This document shows, one piece after another, positions 13,661 through 25,056 of a stretch of DNA of 64,000 nt. The stretch covers positions 81,532,001-81,596,000 of the forward strand of contig NC_086097.1 of NCBI RefSeq assembly GCF_963921235.1, written 5' to 3'. The notes under the pieces were generated by a model, which worked only from the letters and a program-made list of their open reading frames with translations, made no database searches and was not told where the DNA came from. Within the stretch, counting starts at the first letter, position 1. The number at the start of each line of letters is the position of its first letter. The position numbers were made by a program, and so were the translations under genes. The DNA is from Mobula hypostoma. Lineage: Eukaryota.

Positions 13661-14768
13661 TGCTCCAAAGCAAACTCTAATCACGCCCAACTTGGTTTGA
13701 TGTCTTCCTTCACTAGAAACTGGATTCCTAAGTAATCATTTATTCACTATAATTAAAAATATTTAAGATGTTTTCCAAAAAATTCAGCCAGAATTGATTA
13801 TCTGATGGAGATCCTTTCGTTCTCCTAAAGCCAGTTACTTTAAGTTGTTGCATTAACTTTTGGGATGTTGCAGGAGGTCCTTCACCCCTTTGTCTCCACT
13901 AATATTCCACAGCAATAAACCAACATTCACAAGAAAACACTATTCATCGCACTGAGTCACTGCACATCTTTCTTTGAGAATGCAAGGAAAGTATACCCTT
14001 GCTTCTCTTTGCAGTCTCACTAAGCCAAAATTTTAGGAACATTCAGCAGTTCAGTGCCAAAAATGTTATCCAAAACACACTTGACAATTAGCTGCTTTAT
14101 TAATGAAAAGACCTTGAACTTGCTTATTAATTCCTGTACAAAATCAAAATCATAACAGACCTATCAATTCACAAAGTCTCATTCTCTTTGCATGCCTCCT
14201 TTTAAAGTGAAACATCAATAAGAAGTGGGGTTTCTTCTTCCATGACACATGAACAGCGATGCATCTTTATTTTCAACATGGAGAATGATGCTTTCGGCAC
14301 AGGCACCTTAAATAATTGAACGATTGCAACAAGGCAATCTACTGATTGACAACAGTCAGGAACATCATCTTGAGGCAATGATCAACATATAACCCTTGCA
14401 TCATCTCACAAAATCTGTGCATTTTGGGCAACTGTATCTGATGGATGTAGGTCCAAACTGGATGATGAAATCCTATCCCCACTTACTGTGGATAACAAAG
14501 AAATGAGATCTCACTGTCAGACAGTTGTGCATCATCATCCGTTCACCACAAATAAAGCAGAACTGCTTGCACAGGTCTCATATATTGCAACTGCATTTCC
14601 TTCCCCATTTTCCTTACAAATAATGAGTTCAAATGGAGATAAAATAGAAAACTTTACTTAGGATTCAATTATATCCTGAACTCAGTGCCAGGTATGTTCA
14701 TGATGAATGTTAAATTATCATTCTTTGTTACTCAGGACAAACAGGTCACAACTCCTGCCTTTGTAATA

Positions 14769-17700
14769 CAGAGGATTCCATTTAATTGTGACACATCGGG
14801 ACCAGTCGGTTTTGGCCATTTAAGTAGCTGCACTAATCATTTGAAGTTTCATGTGAATAGTTAAAAACTTTAAAAAAAAGATAAACTACCACTTAATGGA
14901 CATTGGTACCAATGACATAGGTAGAAAAAGGGAGGAGGTCCTGGACAGAATTCAGGAAGTTAGGTAGGAAGCTGAAAAGCAGGACCTCTAGGGTAGCATT
15001 CGTGGGATTGCTGCCTGTGCCACATGCTAGCGAGTGCAAGAATAGCATGATCAGGCATACTAATGAGTGGTTGAGAGACTGGTGTCGGGGGCAGGGCTTC
15101 AGATGCCTGGATCATCAGGGCCTCTTCCGGGAGAGGTATGACCTATACAAAAAAGGATGGGTTACACCTGAACCCAAAGGGGTCCAATATCCTAGCGGGC
15201 ACATTTGATAGAGCTGTTAGCGAGGATTTAAACAAATTTGCCAGGGGAATGGGAACCGAGGATTTAAACTAATTTGGCAGGGGAATGGGACCGCAGTGAT
15301 AGGGTTGAGGAAGGAAAAAACAGAAGTAAATCAAAGATAGCATACAACAGAGATTATAGAAAGAACAGGCAGGAGATGAGGCTTATTCACAGCCAGTAGC
15401 ATGAGTTATAGGGCAATAGAGCCATGGTGCAGTTAAAACAAAAAGCAACAAATACTGGACTGAAGGTGTTATATTTGGATACACGCAGCATAAGGAATTA
15501 AATGGACATTCTTGAAAATCAGCCACAGATTGGCAAAAATGACGTTGTGGCCATCTCTGAAACTTGGCTAAACGATGGCTGCCATTGAGAGTTGAATGTC
15601 CAAGGATATACAGTGTATCAGAAAGATAAGTTAGTAGGCAGAGGGGGTGGTGTGGCTCTGTGTATAAGAAATAATATTAAATCATTAGAAAGAGATGACA
15701 GAGACTCTACACCTTCCAATCCTATGGGTTGAGTTAAGAAATGGCAAGGGTAAAAGGACCCTAATGGCAGCTGTATACGGGCCTCCAAACAGCAGCTGGG
15801 ATGTGGATTACAAATTACAACAGGAGATAGAAAGGACGTGTCAGAAAGGCAATGTCATGATAATCGTTGGGGACTTTAACATGAAAGTCGATTGGGAAAA
15901 CTAGGTCAGTACTGGACCTCAAGAGAGAGAATTTGTAGAATGTCTAAGGGATGGCTTTTTAGAACAGCTTGTTGTTGAGCCCACTAGGAGATTGGTTGTG
16001 CTGGATTTGGTGTTGTGCAATGATCCGGAGGTGATAAGAGAGCTCAACATTAAGGAACCCTTGGGGAACAGTGATCACAATATGATCGAGTTCACATTGA
16101 AATTTGAGAGGGAAAAAATAAAATCCAATGTGCCGGTATTTCAGTGGAATAAATGAAATTACCATAGCACAAGAGGGGAACTGGCCAAAGTTGACTGGAA
16201 AGGGACAATTGCAGGAAAGGCAGTAGAGCAGCAATGGCTGGAGTTTCTGCGAAAAATGAGGGAAGTGCAAGACAGATACAGTATATTCCAAATAAGAAGA
16301 AATTTTCAAAGGGAAGAAGAACACTACTGTGGCTGACAAGTAAAGTCAGAGCCAAAGTAAAAGCAAAACAGAGGGCATACAAGGAAGCCAGAGCTAGTGG
16401 GAAGATAGAGGATTGGGGAGCTTTTAAAAACTTGCAGAAGGAAACTAAGAAGGTCATTAGGAAGGAGAAGATGAATTATGAAAGGAAGCTGGCAAATAAT
16501 ATCAAAGAAGATACTAAAAGTTCTTTTTTTAAAGTATATAAAGAGAATTGAGGGTAGATATAGGACTAATTCAAAATGACGCTGGAGATATTGTAATGAG
16601 AGATGCAGAGATGGCAGAGGAACTGAATGCGTATTTTGCATTAGTCTTCACAGTGGAAGACGTCTGCAATATACCGGACATTCAGGTTCTAAAGCAAGTA
16701 GCTAGAGAGATTGCAGAGGCATTAACAATGATCTTTCAAGAATCGATAGATCCTGGCATTGTACTGGATGCCTGGAAAATTGCAAATGTTACTGTGCTAT
16801 TTAAGAAGGGTGGAAGGCAGCAGAAAGGAAACTATGGACCTGTTAGCCTGACATCAGTGATTGGGAAGTTGTTGGAATCGACTGTTAGGGATGAGATTAT
16901 GGAGTACCTGGAGGCACATGACAAGATACGCCAAAGCCAGCATGGTTTCCTGAAAGGGAAATCCTGCCTAACAAACCTACTGCAATTCTTTGAGGAAATT
17001 ACAAGCAGGGTAGACAAAGGAGATGCAGTAGACGTGGTGTCCTCGGATTTTCAGAAGGCCACTGACAAGGTGCCGCATACGAGTCTGTTTAGCAAGATAA
17101 GAGCCCATGGAATTACAGGGAAGTTACTAGCGTGGGTGCAGCATTGGCCGGTCAGCAGAAAACAGAGAGTGGAAATAAAGGGATCCTATTCTGGCTGGTT
17201 GCCAATTACCAGTGGAGATCCACAGGGGTCGGTGTTGGGATCGCTGCTTTATATTAAGTATATCAATGATTTGGACTACTGTATTAATGGATTTGTGGCT
17301 AAATTTGCCAATGATACAAAGATAGGTGGAGGAATGGGTAGTGTTGAGGGAACAGAGAGCCTGCAGGGAGACTTAGATAGTTTAGGAGAACGGGCAAAGA
17401 AGTGGCAAATGAAATACAATGTTGGAAAGTGTACGGTCATGCACTTTGGTGGAAGAAATAAACGGGCAGACTATTATTTAGGTGGGGAAAGAATTCAAAA
17501 TGCAGAGATGCAAAGAGACTTGGGAGTCCTTGTGCAAGATACCCTAAAGGTTAACCTCCAGGTTGAGTTGGTTGTGAAGAAGGTGAATGCAATGTTGGCA
17601 TTCATTTCTAGAGGTATAGAATATAAGAGCAGGGATGTGATGTTGAGGTTCTATAAGGCACTCGTGAGACCACACTTGGAGTATTGTGTGCAGTTATGGG

Positions 17701-18919
17701 CTCCTTATTTTAGAAAGGATATACTGACATTGGAGAAGGTTCAGAGAAGATTCACAAGCATGATTCCAGGAATGAAAGGGTTACCGTATGAGGAATATCT
17801 GGCAGCTCTTGGGCTGTATTCCCTGGAGTTCAGGAGAATGAGGGGGGAATCTCATAGAAACATTCTGAATGTTAAAAGGCCTGAACAGATTAGATATGGC
17901 AAAGTTATTTCCTATGGTCAAGGATTCTAGGACAAGGGGGCACAACTTCAGGATTGAAGGACGTCCATTTAGAACTGAGATGCGGAGAGATTACTTTAGT
18001 CAGAGGGTGGTAAAGCTGTGGAATTTGTTGTCACGAGTGGCTGTGGAGGCCAAGTTATTGGCTGTATTTAAGGCAGTGATAGATAGGTTCTTGATTAGCC
18101 AGGGCATCAAAGGGTATGGGGTAAAGGCAGGGGAGTGGGGATGACTTGAAGAATTGGATCAGCTCATGATTGAATGGTGGAGCAGACTCAATGGGCCGAA
18201 TGGCCGACAACTGTTTCTATATCTTATGGTCTTATGGACTGAATAACAAGCTATGTACTTAAATGAAAAACAGAACAAATCAGAACTTCAGTTATACTAC
18301 CGCAGTACTACAAAACTGTAGTTCCTACTAGCTATCAATGGAGGAATTCATCCAGTATACACTGCTGTCCTTTTGATTGACTGTAAATAAACAAAATCAG
18401 CGCAGACACCTAGTGCAGATAATAGACTGTTTTCATACAACGCTTTTGACAATTACATCCTTCAAATCTTCATTTTCATTGTAACATTCAATATAATTGT
18501 CAATACCTTTAAATTCTTTGTAGCTCCTAACTTGAAGTGAAATTGTTTCATTTTTATTTCTGGTCACTCTTGTCGTCTCCAAGTCTGAATGCTTGAAACC
18601 AGAGTGAGCCAAACAAATCCGAATTGTCTTACTGCTTATTGCTCACCAACTATGAATGACAAAAATCATGCTTTTTGCACACACACACAACTGAGGCTAT
18701 TTGAAATGGTTTGCTCTAAGCACAGTATTAGTGTCTAATGGCCACACGTGCACACATCAGACACTTGTTAGAAACTGCTCAACAAGAGTCTTCTGCCCCA
18801 GTTAAGCAGCATTATGTCCCAAATAAACAAAGGGAATTTCAGCCATTTTCTTGATTCATTTTGGTACTTTATAAATTGTCCCAAATAAGAAAATTGCCCT
18901 GATTAACCAGAATCCACTG
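14769..18919. mobile_element. Tigger/pogo-like non-autonomous DNA transposon split by a CR1 insertion
   Basis: TA|cagaggattccatttaatt ... gattaaccagaatccactg|TA; both halves homologous to 40871-41563. Confidence 0.75.
14902..18239 (+). mobile_element. CR1 LINE, 5'-truncated, with ORF1 esterase remnant and frameshifted APE-RT ORF2
   Basis: HIGTND..NEWLRDWC..GLHLN (SGNH esterase); VYGPPN, VGDFN, LGNSDH (APE); QHGFLKGKSCLTNL, PQGSVLG, KFANDTK (RT; ADD mutated); (tcttatgg)2 tail. Confidence 0.95.
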
Positions 18920-19434
18920 TAGAAATAATCCTGGCTGTTCACTTCTGGGAGTTGCATATTGTATTTGCACTTTATTATTCAGTTACTTCGGGCATACAGC
19001 GATTCAAGTTGCAAACTTGAAACGTAAATGAATTTAATGGGCAGAATCAGAAAAAATGTTTTGATATTGATAGGTTAATGAGTACAATTAAATTAAATGC
19101 TGAGAACAGTGTACATAAAGAATAATTCACCTCTTTACTTAAATGAAGGGAGGTTATGCATGCCCAGAGGGTTCTGCTGTGCCTCTGTGCAAAGAACTGG
19201 AATTGGCAAGGTAATTTGACCAGAACACATTAGGGTCTGTTAGCAGAAAAAAAAAGAGAAAATGCTGGAGGAGCTCAGTGTATCAAGCAATATATGTAGA
19301 GGTAAACAAATGGTCAATATTTTGGTTATAACCCTGCATCAAGTCTGACCATCCTTTTGCTTCCACAGGTGTTGCTTGTCACGCTAAGTTCCCCTTGGCA
19401 TCTGTGCCTTCTTGCAACAAAGATATAATTTATG

Positions 19435-20023
19435 ATGCTGTAGTCAGGTTTCCAGTTTGGTCGTCGGCCGCTCAACCATGGTTTTCGGTCTGGCGCCGGA
19501 CGCTCGGAGAGATTCGGCGGGAGGCAGGTGTCCAGCGCTCGGCCGGGGGCCGTGGTCGGGTGGTCGGCGACTTGGCCAGCTCCCCCACCGGACTTAGTCT
19601 GGTGAGGAGGGTGTGAGGACACCCAGCAGGACTAAAAAAAAAAGACCTGACAAAGGGCAGATGAGCTCCTTGTGAGCCAACGGCCATCTTCCGTGGAAGA
19701 GAGTAAAACCTCACCATGTATCTACGAATCCTATGCTATGCATCTAGTTAGAAGAGACATGATGGACTTGGGCGCTGCATCGTGTGCCTGGACCTGCCCA
19801 AGGCCTCCGCCTAAGGAAGGGCCGAGCTCAAAGAAGCAGCCGCGGCTGGAGGCCGACACGGCCTCGGGCTTGAGTTTGGCGGGGGCAGCGGCGGGTGGTG
19901 CCAAGGCAGCCAGCGAGAACAAGCTGGAGGCGAGGCTGTACTCGGTGCTGTCGCAAGATCGAAGAAGATGGAGGTGCATAGCCGCCAACCCCGGATTCGG
20001 GACGGCACCCACTGACTGACTGA
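19435..20023 (+). mobile_element. Probable RTE-clade-derived short retroelement carrying a captured gene fragment
   Basis: LVRRDMMDLG...(A)QDRRRWRCIAANP resembles an RTE ORF C-terminus; (ACTG)3 tail; hairpin-rich GC-rich head; 5' boundary uncertain. Confidence 0.5.
19774..19951 (+). pseudogene. ZFTRAF1: Circularly permuted 178-bp fragment of ZFTRAF1/CYHR1 N-terminal coding region
   Basis: 19810-19951 encodes PKEGPSSKKQPRLE...[10 protein letters not shown] and 19774-19809 encodes (C)[11 protein letters not shown]; rejoined they match the recalled ZFTRAF1 segment [23 protein letters not shown]. Confidence 0.85.
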
Positions 20024-20170
20024 GCAGGAAAGAGCTGACTGAAGTTCCCCTGTTTTCTACTTTCTCGTCCCCATTCAGAGTAAAACTTATGGACAGCAAT
20101 CAGCAATTCCAATGCATGGAAAAAGTAATTTGGATTGTTTTAACTGCACTCATCATTCAATATCACTTTA

Positions 20171-21720
20171 GAGTGCCTTGAAAAAGTGTTCAACCCCAAA
20201 ACGATTCTCACATTTTAGTGTCATTTTCAAAATTTAATATATTGAAGTAAGATTTTTTAGCTAATCTAGAAAACGTGCGTCATGTCAAATCAAAAGAAAA
20301 ATTCCAAAACATGTCAATGATTAACTAAAAAATTAAAAACCAAAATGATGAGGCTGAAAAAGTATTCATCCCCATTATAATTACAATGGTAACTTTCCTC
20401 AAGTACAATATACAGTATTACCTTAGCAACTCACTCGATTCATTGATGTAGAAACCTGTAGAATCACCTGTTTCCAATCAATCCATAAGAATAAATACCC
20501 CTCTCTCTGTAAGGCCCAATAGTATGGTAAATTTTCAACAGACCAAGCCAAAATAAAGACAAAATAGAATTCAAGGCAAGTCAGGTAAGTAGCAACAGAG
20601 AAGCACAAATCCAGGGAAGTATACAAGACCATCTCAAAGGCACTGAACATACCTCAGAGATCAGTGCAGTCCATCGTGAAAAAAATGGAAAAGATATGAA
20701 ACCGCATCCACACTGCTTGGATCAGGTTGCCTCTCTAAACTTAGTTGCTGGTGAAAAAATGGCACTTGTAAGAGATGCCACAATGACGCCAGCAGTCCCT
20801 GAATGCAACTAGAGATGAAGTTTATTGTTCCTGAATCTCCAAGGCCTTGCACAATAAAGTATTTATGGAAGAGTGACAAGGAAGAATCCTTGGCAAAAAC
20901 TAAACATATCGTTGCCCATACAGACTTTGCAAAGTGTCACTTAGAAGATACTGCAAAGGTATGGAAGGTAGTCTTGTGGTTGGATGGGACTGAAGTGCGA
21001 TCTTTTGGCCTCAACACTGAGCAGTACGTGTGGCATAAATCTAATACAGAGCATCAAACGTCCTGACTGTGAAATACAGCGGAGGTCGCATCATGCTATG
21101 GGGATGCTTTTCAGCAGCAGGGACTGGAAATCTGGTCAGGACTGATGGCAAGATGAATGCTGCTAAATACAGAGAAATCCTGGATAAAAAAAAACTGCTA
21201 GCCTCTGCCAGAAAGCTTAAAATGGGGAGAAAGTTTGTCTTTCAGCAGGACACTATCACAGCAACCATGGAGTGGCTTCAAATGAAGAAAATTGATGTCC
21301 TTGAGTGGCCCAGTCAGACTCTTGACCTTAACATGATGGAACATCTCTGGCAAAACCTCAGGTTTGCTGTCCACTGCTGCTCTGCAACTACCCTGGCACA
21401 GCTTGAGCAATGTTGCAAGGAGGGATGGGCAAATCTTGCTCAAATCACATTGTGCAAAGCTAATAGAGACTTATCTAGAAAGACTACTGGCTGTAATAGC
21501 TGTGACAGGTTCAACTAAGTACTAAGCAAAGGGAGGTGAATACTTTTGGACTACTGACATTTCAGTTCTTTTAATTTTTAGATTTTCATGCTTTAAAATT
21601 TTCCACATTATTTGAGCTCTACCATGAAAAAAGGAGCAGTTAAATTGATCAAAATCCCTGGTTATAATACTCATTTATGTGAATACAGGCTGGTGGGCTG
21701 AATACTTTTTCAAGGCACTG
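20171..21720 (+). mobile_element. Near full-length decayed Tc1 transposon
   Basis: TA|gagtgccttgaaaaagtgttcaaccc ... gggctgaatactttttcaaggcactg|TA; VLWLDGT, KYSGGRIMLWGCFS, FQQD, WPSQTLDLNMMEHLW (DD34E motifs) with stops, frameshifts and a deletion. Confidence 0.95.
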
Positions 21721-21962
21721 TATTTTATTCCTGTTTGCCTAAATAGCTGTACCATATATCTATACAATAATAGCTTAATTATCCCTGAAATAAGACGACC
21801 CACGGCTGGTTCCATTTCTGCTCTGATATTGCTATCAGAATAGTCACATACTGTCAGTAAACGGGAATAACGTTGGGCCAGCTGAAATGATGAAACTTGC
21901 TGAAAAAAAATAACATTAAACAAACAGATTCTCTCACAGAAGGCTCAAACTTACCCAACTGA

Positions 21963-22044
21963 ATGCTGCCTGGCCTGCTGCGTTCACCAGCAACTTTGAT
22001 GTGTGTTGCTTGAATTTCCAGCATCTGCAGAATTCCTCGTGTTT
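21963..22044 (+). mobile_element. Isolated terminal ~80 bp of a young Neptune PLE tail
   Basis: Near-identical to 47194-47274. Confidence 0.8.
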
Positions 22045-22272
22045 ACTTTCCTGTAAAAGTTTATTTCTCCCAAGTATGTCCATTTTATAGTTGAAACAAC
22101 TCAAAACCCTATCATCAGACTTCTCTGATTTGTTGATTATCAATATCCTCTGTTGCACAGAAATGGGATTAAACATTTTACTACCAAACTTTAATTAAAA
22201 GTGCAACATATTCGAGTTTACATTGAAATAAACCTGAAAAAAAAGGTCAATCAAGGTTAAGGAAAAAAATAC

Positions 22273-24987
22273 AAAGCAACATACACAAAATGCTTGAAGA
22301 ACTCAGCAAGTCAGAGACCATCTTTGTAAAGGATCAAACAGTTGATGTTTTGGGCCGAAACTATTCTTTCAAGACTGGAAAGGAAGGAAGAGGATGCCAA
22401 AATAAAATGCGAGGGGGCAGGGAAGGAGGGTAAGCTAGAATGTTAAAGATGAAGCCAGGTGGGTTGGAAAGTCGTAGGGCCGGAGGTGAAGGAACTTTAT
22501 TGGAGAGGAGAGTGAACCATAGGAGAAAGGGAAGGAGGAAGGGCACTAGGGGGAGGTGATAAGCAGGTGAGAAGAGGTAAGAGACTAGATTGGGGAGAAG
22601 AAGAAAAGGTATGGAAAAAGGATTTTTTTTTGCAGAACGATAAATTGATATTCATGCCATCAGGTTGGAGGTTACCCAGATGGAATATAAGGTGTTGCTC
22701 CTCCACCCAACGAGGGTGGCACAAGACAGACCATGGACCAACATATCGGAACAGAAATGGGAAATTGAATTAAAATGTTGGGCCATCGGTGAGTTCTGCT
22801 TTTGGTGGATGGAGCAGAAGTACTCAATGAAGCTGTCCCCCATTTACGACTAGCCTCACCAATGTAAAGGAGGCCGCATCGGGAGCATCAGACACAGTAG
22901 ACAACCCAGCAAATTTGCAGGTGAAGTGTTGCTTCACCTGGAAGGACTGTTTGGGGCCCTGAATGGAGGTGAAGGAGGAGGTGAATGGACTGATATAGCA
23001 TTTTGACTGCTTGCAGGGACAAGTTACGGGAGGAAGATTAGAAGGGAGGGATAAATGGACGAGAGAATTATGGAGGGAGCTTTACCTGCAGAAAGCAGAC
23101 AGTGATGGGTGGTTGGTAAAGATTTGTTTGGTGTTAGGGTCTCTTTGGAGATGGTGGATGTTGCGGCGGTTGATATGTTGGATGCAGAGGCTCATGGGGT
23201 GGTAAGCAAGGACAAGAGGAACTCTATCTCTGTTAAAGGGGGTGAGAAGATGGGTTGAATGCAGATGTCCAGGAAATGTAGAAGATGCAGGTGAAGGCAG
23301 CATCAATGGTGAAGGAAGGGAAACCCCATTCTTTAAAGGAAGAGGACACCTCTGATGTCCTGGAAAAGAAAGCCTCATTCTGGGAACAAAAGTGGCCAAG
23401 ATGAAGGAAGTGAGAAAAAGGAATAGTATTTTTGTAGGAAATGGGATGAGAGGAAGTATCATCAAGATAGCAATGGGAATTGGTAGGTTTATAAAAGATG
23501 TCGGTCGAGAGTTTGTCTTCAGAGATGGAGACACAAGGATCTAGAAAGGAGGCGGAGGCTTCAGAAATTGACCAAGTGAATTTAAGGACAGGGTGGAAAT
23601 TAGAGGCAAAGTTGATGAAATGGATGAACTCAGCATGGGTGCATGAAGCAGGACCAATGCAATTGTCAATGTCGCAGGGGAAGAGTTGGAGAGCATAATC
23701 AGCGAAGGCTTGAACACGAACTGCTTCACATAGCCAGCAAAAAGGCAGGCACAGCTGGGGTCCACGCAGCTGTCAATGGCTACCTCTGGAGTCCGGAGAA
23801 CGGGTGGAGAAGCCAAAGGAGAAATCGTTGAGGGTGAGGACCAGTTTTGCTAGACAAAGCAAGGTGGTGATAGAGGGGAACTGGCTGGTTCTTTTATTGA
23901 GAAAGAAGCTGAGAGCTTTAAGGCCTTCTTGATGAGGGAACAGAAGTGTAAAGGGACAGGACTTCCATGTTGAAAATGAGGCAGTCAGGGCGAGGGAGTT
24001 GAAAGTTGATGAGGAGATTGAGAGCATGAGAAGTGTCGCGGATGTAGGTAGGAAGGGTCTGAACCAAGGGGGATAGAATGAAGCCAAGATATGAGGATTC
24101 GAGTTGTTGAGGCAGGATCAGGCAGATACAACGAGCCTACAAGGACAGTCAGGTTTTTGGAACTTGGGTAGGTGGTAGAAGCAAGCAGTGTGGGGTAAAG
24201 GAACTACAAGTTTGGTGGCAGTGGATGGGAGTTCTTCAGTTGATGAGGTCAGTGATGGTGTTAGAGGCAGTTTTCCGATGGCCTGGAATAGGGCCCTCTT
24301 CAAGGGGTTGGTAAGAGGTGGTGTCTGAGAGTTGCCAACTAGCCTTGGCAAGGTAAAGGTTAGTAAACCATGCTACAACAACACTCTCTTTGTCGAGCAC
24401 CAATGCTCCATCCGCCAAAAGCGGAACTTCTCTGGTGGCCCAGTATGTTAATTCCCATTCCCATTCTGACATGTCGGTCCATAGCCTCTCTTGTGCCATG
24501 ACGAGACCATCCTCAGGATTGAGGAGCAACACCTTATACTCCATCTGAGTAGCTATTAATCTGATGACATGAATATTGATTTCTCCTTCCAGTAAAATAA
24601 ATCCTTCCCCCTCCTCTCGCTTATTCCCCACTCTGGCATTTTGCTTCTTTTCACCTGCCTATCACCTCCCCCTGGTGCACCTCCTCCTTCCTTTTTTCCC
24701 TTGGTTCACTCTCCTTTCCTATCAAATTCCTTCATCTCCAGCCCTTTATCTTTCCCACCCACCTAGCTTCACCTATCACCTTCCAGCTCTCCTCCCTCCT
24801 CTCCCCCCACCTCTTTATTCTGGTACCTTCCTTTTCCTTTCCAGTTGTGACAAAGGATCTTGACCCAAAACATTGACTGTCTGTTCACTTGCATTAATAC
24901 TGCCCGACCTGCTGAGTTCTTCCAGCATTTTGTGTATGTTACTCTGGATTTTTCCAGCACCTACAGAATTTCTTGCATTTATATTTA
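22273..24987. mobile_element. Neptune PLE: minus-strand body (22273-~24390) plus inverted plus-strand 3' segment (~24390-24987)
   Basis: RT and GIY-YIG remnants (RVPLVLAYHP, LVLTLNDFSF, QKPDCPCRLVVSA); tails point outward; candidate TSD aaaaaaatac (22263-22272, 24988-24997). Confidence 0.85.
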
Positions 24988-25056
24988 AAAAAAATACTTT
25001 CCAGTAGTTCTACTATCTGTAAAAGTATTTGTAAATGAATTTAGAATGCTAATCTA

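Noticed and set aside
14200..14625. Ancient transposase remnant (CKQFCFICGE on the minus strand)
   Set aside because: Only one short motif among many stops; cannot be supported without a search.
16548..17930. 460-aa ORF as a functional gene
   Set aside because: It is CR1 RT with an internal deletion, a mutated catalytic motif (FAND) and a frameshifted end.
19660..19700. HDV-like ribozyme around tccttgt
   Set aside because: P3, P1.1 and P2 pairings could not be assembled by eye.
19774..19951. Retrocopied circular RNA as the source of the permutation
   Set aside because: The internal junction appears to fall mid-exon (before VYQ) rather than at a splice boundary, the region is probably a first exon, and there is no poly(A) or TSD. 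Disfavoured, not excluded.
19440..20010. CpG-island promoter with a YY1-like gccatctt motif
   Set aside because: The GC content is explained by the inserted element and captured fragment; no first exon with a donor site was found.
19672..20019. 115-aa ORF as a real ZFTRAF1 gene or new chimeric protein
   Set aside because: The zinc-finger piece is out of frame and misplaced, no downstream exons are present, and there is no expression evidence.
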